DNA of 9,424 nt, taken from positions 1 to 9,424 of the forward strand of contig JBHLRO010000046.1 in the NCBI GenBank assembly GCA_048882505.1. Reading direction: 5' to 3'. The notes below the pieces were generated by a model. The model made no database searches. It saw only the letters and a list, made by a program, of their open reading frames with translations, and had not been told where the DNA came from. Below, piece by piece: positions 6,234 through 9,424 of this stretch. Numbering within the stretch: position 1 is the first letter of the stretch; each line of letters starts with the position of its first letter. The position numbers and the translations under genes were made by a program. Origin of the DNA: Candidatus Thorarchaeota archaeon (lineage in GTDB: Archaea; Asgardarchaeota; Heimdallarchaeia; Hodarchaeales; Hodarchaeaceae).

Positions 6234-7133
6234 CTATGCAACCTCCTTATGAGACAAGTATTCTACATGCCCATCGGCGTAAATACGTGCCGTGGCCTTT
6301 CGTGCCGCCCAGCATTGGATAGCTACACCGACAGGTAATGAGGCGGGATGCCTGTGTGCAAAATCAATAAAAACTTCAAAAGCGGTTGATGTGTCACCAC
6401 CTAAACCCATTGCACCAATGCCAGTCATGTTAAGCGCAGTACAGAGATCTTCTTCAAGTTTAGCGATTTCGGGGTTCTGGTGTCTTTGGCCTATCGAACG
6501 GAGAAGTTGTTTTTTCGCTATTTTCAGGGCGATATCCGCGCCACCGCCTATTCCAACCCCTACCATTGTCGGAGGACAAGGTTGTCCCCCCGCCTTTACC
6601 ACGGTTTCAACAACGAATTTCTTAACCCCCGCGATCCCTTGGCCGGGTTTTAACATTCCCAAGGCACACATGTTCTCAGATCCTCCGCCTTTTGGAAAAG
6701 CGGTGATCTCAAGGTAATCAGCTCCAGGCACAAAGTCATAGTTGATAAATGGAACATGTTGTCCCGTATTATCACCTGAATTGCCACCTACAATTGGATT
6801 GACCGCATTTGGACGAAGCGGAACCTCCTTGGTCGCTCGTCGTGAGGCTTGACGTAGAGTCTCGCCAAGGCCCATTATTTTTGGGAAGTTTTCTCCAATA
6901 TTCACATAGTAGATATGAATTCCCGTGTCTTGGCACATGGGGGTCGAAGTTTCATTGGCAATCGTAAAATTATCCACAATCGTCTTTAAAGCCGCCTTAC
7001 TAGCAGCTTTTGGTTCTTGATCGTGCATCCGCTTTAATGTTTCAGCTACATCCGTGGGAAGTTGTGTAGCCGCAAATCGGAGCAGTTTAACAGCTGTATC
7101 CTCTATTATCGAGTTATCAAAAACATTTGTCAT
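6234..7133 (-). CDS. fumA: Class I Fe-S fumarate hydratase, alpha subunit (N-terminal-domain type), 299 aa
   Basis: Motifs [38 protein letters not shown] and [17 protein letters not shown], with three cluster Cys. KGGGSEN is the fumarase-type motif; E. coli TtdA has GGGC at this position. Confidence 0.92.
   Translation of the reverse strand: MTNVFDNSIIEDTAVKLLRFAATQLPTDVAETLKRMHDQEPKAASKAALKTIVDNFTIANETSTPMCQDTGIHIYYVNIGENFPKIMGLGETLRQASRRATKEVPLRPNAVNPIVGGNSGDNTGQHVPFINYDFVPGADYLEITAFPKGGGSENMCALGMLKPGQGIAGVKKFVVETVVKAGGQPCPPTMVGVGIGGGADIALKIAKKQLLRSIGQRHQNPEIAKLEEDLCTALNMTGIGAMGLGGDTSTAFEVFIDFAHRHPASLPVGVAIQCWAARKATARIYADGHVEYLSHKEVA
6241..6248 (-). promoter_or_regulatory. Shine-Dalgarno site (AAGGAGGT) for the fumarase beta subunit, embedded in the 3' end of the alpha gene
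   Basis: The minus strand reads AAGGAGGT-tgcatagat-ATG (9-nt spacing), suggesting translational coupling. Confidence 0.75.
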
Positions 7134-7382
7134 GGTATCACGACATTCCTTATGTGTAATTATACTGTAAGAAAGAAGAAGATTACCAATCTGGCGAGAA
7201 ACAAAAATACAATATTGTTTTACAAACTTTTGGGAGGTATGTTGGCGCTATTTTGTATTCGGAACTGATTGGTTTTCTGGTTAAAGATATCTCTGAAATG
7301 GCTTAATCTGTCCGGTTTAAAATTTGGCAGTATTCTCATTAAAGAGAAGACTTTTGAACCACCCATTGATGAGATATTAAAC

Positions 7383-7418
7383 AAAAAAGGCATTAAACTT
7401 GAAATATAGGAGTCCTAT
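7383..7418 (-). terminator. Candidate terminator of the LLM gene: 6-1-6 palindrome followed by a T6 tract
   Basis: ATAGGA-G-TCCTAT at 7406-7418 is self-complementary. On the minus strand it is followed by TTTTTT (7388-7383), about 30-65 nt past the LLM stop. Confidence 0.35.
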
Positions 7419-7448
7419 CTTAAAATACAAGAGCTAAAGATCGGCTGA

Positions 7449-8351
7449 TTAAATTGACGGGGATACTTCTTCCATAAAGAGTTTTGCCATCTTTGTCTCT
7501 GGAAAGTCTGTAAATGCAGCAATAATGTGCGTAAAACCCAGCTCCCGATATGCTTCGATTTGTTGTATAACTTGCGATGAATTTCCTTGAATACCTCTTC
7601 TCGTTTTTGTCATAGAGGAGTGACCATCTGGCTGAATCGAAACCGGGCCAAACCAGACGATATCGGCTAGCCGATTTTGATTTTCCTGGGTATCCAGTAA
7701 ACTTCTGAGGAAACGGAGACGATCCCTGCTTTCTCTTAAAGTTCCCCCTGTTATCCACCCTTGGCCGCTCTTTGCCGCGATTTGCAGTGATTTAGGGCTG
7801 TTTCCCGCAATATAAATCGGCATCCTGCCAAGAGGCCGAGGGCGAGAAACTGCCCTAGTTAAGGTGTAGAAGTCACCAAAAAAATCTACTGGACCTGTTG
7901 ACCTATCAAACAGTAATCGTAATATTTTTGCCACTTCTTGAGTACGTTCACGGTCTACTGGTGGAAAACCAAATGCATTGAACTCCCTCGCGTGAAATCC
8001 ACTTCCTAAGCCCGCAATCATTCGTCCGTTTGAAACGAAGTCGATAGAGGCAAGCATTTTTGCCAAAACTGCAGGATGACGAAAAGCACTGCAAATAACC
8101 ACAGTGCCAAGTCCAATGGTTTTGGTAATTGTCGCAAAAGACGCCAAGGCCGTAAAGGGATCGAGGATTTGATCATTTCTTCCCATAATTAGATGATCAG
8201 GAACCCATGCAGCTTCAAATCCCAGAGCTTCTGCCTCTACAACATATTTTTGCGTTTTATCCCAATTTAGAGAATCATATTTAGGTGCAAACCCTGGATG
8301 CAGCGCATCGGAACTATCAGCAAACAAAGGAACAAATATACTCGTTTTCAA
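7449..8351 (-). CDS. LLM-class (luciferase-like) flavin-dependent oxidoreductase, probably F420-dependent, 300 aa
   Basis: TIM-barrel LLM motifs AEALGFEAAWVPDHL, DPFTALA, IGLGTVV, RHPAVLAKMLASIDFVSNGR, GLGSG, EFNAFG and PIYIAG. TTG start preceded by GAGG. Cofactor identity is inferred from family resemblance. Confidence 0.88.
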   Translation of the reverse strand: MKTSIFVPLFADSSDALHPGFAPKYDSLNWDKTQKYVVEAEALGFEAAWVPDHLIMGRNDQILDPFTALASFATITKTIGLGTVVICSAFRHPAVLAKMLASIDFVSNGRMIAGLGSGFHAREFNAFGFPPVDRERTQEVAKILRLLFDRSTGPVDFFGDFYTLTRAVSRPRPLGRMPIYIAGNSPKSLQIAAKSGQGWITGGTLRESRDRLRFLRSLLDTQENQNRLADIVWFGPVSIQPDGHSSMTKTRRGIQGNSSQVIQQIEAYRELGFTHIIAAFTDFPETKMAKLFMEEVSPSI

Positions 8352-8387
8352 TGATCCTCACTAGCAGGACGGGCCAAAAAGACAACG

Positions 8388-8522
8388 CTAGCTACATGAA
8401 AAGCCGAAACGACATAGCATATAAATCATAGTGAATGTGTTAATGTAATCGGAAAAGGTTTCTCTATGATCTCTCTTACGCATAGATAATTTTTCATATT
8501 CTGAAGTTTGATCTATTGGCAT
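8388..8522 (-). CDS. Candidate small protein, 44 aa (48 aa from ATG 8534), not in the ORF track (MPIDQTSEYEKLSMRKRDHRETFSDYINTFTMIYMLCRFGFSCS)
   Basis: GGAG (8532-8529) lies 6 nt before ATG 8522; TAG at 8390-8388. It overlaps a TATA-like box, so it may be non-coding. Confidence 0.2.
   Translation of the reverse strand: MPIDQTSEYEKLSMRKRDHRETFSDYINTFTMIYMLCRFGFSCS
8418..8425 (-). promoter_or_regulatory. Candidate archaeal TATA box for the LLM gene
   Basis: TTTATATG on the minus strand, about 70 nt upstream of the TTG start at 8351. No strong BRE seen. Confidence 0.35.
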
Positions 8523-8704
8523 TTTTATCTCCATCTTAATTCAGTATCAAAAGTCCTGGCAATTTAGAGAATGTCGGTCACAAAAAACATTCAGGTTGTA
8601 TGAAAGTTAAAAAATCAATGGGAACGAATTTGTCCTTGTTTTGACATATTTGTTCCTAAACCAAGAACGCATACGATTAATACCAAGCTGACTTGGATCC
8701 CTAT

Positions 8705-9424
8705 TTAGGTCGCATGTGTCACCATATCTGTCCGCCCCCCCCTTTTCCTATGATAATGGTCTGGATGTCCGTTGCATCCTACCCCAGATGGAATAAAAAT
8801 TGCTAGAAGTGGATTAATGGGTTGAGGGGGCGGATTGGGGACGATTACATTTTTCAAAGGTCCTCGAACCGCATATCCACCATGCAAAGTTATACGCCTC
8901 AATTTTTGGCAGGTTAATAGCGGACTGATGTCTATCTCAACGGAGGGATTACCGCATAATGAAACACTGCGGAGCGAAGGATGGTACGCGAATGGGGTCA
9001 GGTCTATTGTCTGCACTTGATTACGGTTAAAAGAGAAATCGTACAGTTCGGGCCAATCTTGAACGATGGAGAATTCAAAAGTGTCCACGCCACTATCGGA
9101 GAGATCAAATGCCTTCATATGGTTACACCCCCGTAGGACCGTTACATCAAATTCAGTGATGGGATTGTTCCCGGATATGCCCAAATATTCAAGGTTTTTA
9201 CAGCTACTCAAACCTTCGAGTTCTGATAATCGGCGGACACCTGAATGTCTGATGCTAATGTTTTGAACCTTGCTATAAGGTTGATTTTTGAGACCTTGGA
9301 GCGAAATCCGAGGGTAGGGAGAGTCCCCCCACATGAACTCATATTCATTCGAGGGATCGTACCGCCCAACCTGAAGTTCTAACCAAGATCCATCATGGGT
9401 TAGGAGACCAATTTCGGTCAGATC
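8705..9424 (-). CDS. Leucine-rich repeat protein, probably 5'-truncated by the window edge
   Basis: About 5 imperfect 24-25-aa LRR units (LSSCKNLEYLGISGN; LRGCNHMKAFDLSDS; VQDWPELYDFSFNRN; IDLTPFAYHPSLRSVSLCGN; IDISPLLTCQKLRRITL). The frame stays open upstream of ATG 9334 to base 9424 (DLTEIGLLTHDGSWLELQVGRYDPSNEYEF), so the real start may lie outside the window. Confidence 0.8.
   Translation of the reverse strand, partial: DLTEIGLLTHDGSWLELQVGRYDPSNEYEFMWGDSPYPRISLQGLKNQPYSKVQNISIRHSGVRRLSELEGLSSCKNLEYLGISGNNPITEFDVTVLRGCNHMKAFDLSDSGVDTFEFSIVQDWPELYDFSFNRNQVQTIDLTPFAYHPSLRSVSLCGNPSVEIDISPLLTCQKLRRITLHGGYAVRGPLKNVIVPNPPPQPINPLLAIFIPSGVGCNGHPDHYHRKRGGRTDMVTHAT
8885..9211 (-). repeat. Protein-level LRR tandem array (no nucleotide-level identity between units)
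   Basis: Periodic LxxLxLxxN...IDLxP pattern with a 24-25 residue period. Confidence 0.7.

Noticed and set aside
5601-6717. Plus-strand ORFs 5601-5804, 5668-6252, 5867-6049 and 6292-6717
   Set aside because: Antisense shadows of the fumarase subunits, which carry all the conserved family motifs.
6234-7133. Annotation as L(+)-tartrate dehydratase TtdA/TtdB
   Set aside because: KGGGSEN and GGQPCPP...GIGG fit the fumarase branch rather than E. coli TtdA (GGGC...). Promiscuous activity is not excluded.
7209-7218. ACAATATTGT perfect 10-bp palindrome upstream of fumarase
   Set aside because: Short, AT-rich and single-copy; expected by chance.
7062-7758. ORFs 7062-7268 (+) and 7420-7758 (-)
   Set aside because: They overlap fumarase or LLM genes in other frames or strands and carry no motifs.
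8683-8696. CCAAG-CTGA-CTTGG mini-hairpin after the LRR stop
   Set aside because: A 5-bp stem without an adjacent U-tract is too weak to call as a terminator.
8835-9266. Plus-strand ORFs 8835-9020 and 9066-9266
   Set aside because: Antisense to the LRR gene; no support.
1-9424. CRISPR array, tRNA/rRNA, IS element or integrase
   Set aside because: No regularly spaced direct repeats, cloverleaf-compatible segments, terminal inverted repeats or transposase/recombinase motifs were seen by eye.
9421-9424. Window ends in GATC (possible restriction/cloning end)
   Set aside because: A 4-mer at one boundary is uninformative, and GATC occurs many times internally.

Overview
A probably archaeal window with two convergent gene blocks. 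The archaeal assignment rests on GAGGT(G) ribosome-binding sites, a TTTATAT TATA-like box, an oligo-T terminator, a split class I fumarase and an LLM-class enzyme. The IDLTP-type LRR protein hints at Asgard archaea, which is inference only. The plus-strand block (1-5476) is a putative 2-hydroxy-acid (lactate-like) oxidation locus. It holds the 3' end of a 5'-truncated FAD-oxidase-type/GlpC-like Fe-S protein, a small DUF3303-like protein, and a three-gene LutABC/LldEFG-like operon (LUD protein, CCG-domain protein, LutB-like LUD+2x[4Fe-4S] protein). The minus-strand block (5623-9424) holds the beta and alpha subunits of a two-subunit class I fumarate hydratase, an LLM-class (probably F420-dependent) oxidoreductase, and an LRR protein whose 5' end probably lies beyond the window. 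The most interesting signal is the non-standard Lut-like operon. The 'LutC' slot is filled by what looks like a full-length LutB paralog whose ferredoxin-like domain has lost its cysteine ligands, the LutA-like protein retains only one of two CCG Cys sets, and LutB has Asp in place of one cluster Cys. Two unannotated small ORFs with RBS-like signals lie in intergenic gaps. No rRNA, tRNA, CRISPR array or mobile element was seen.
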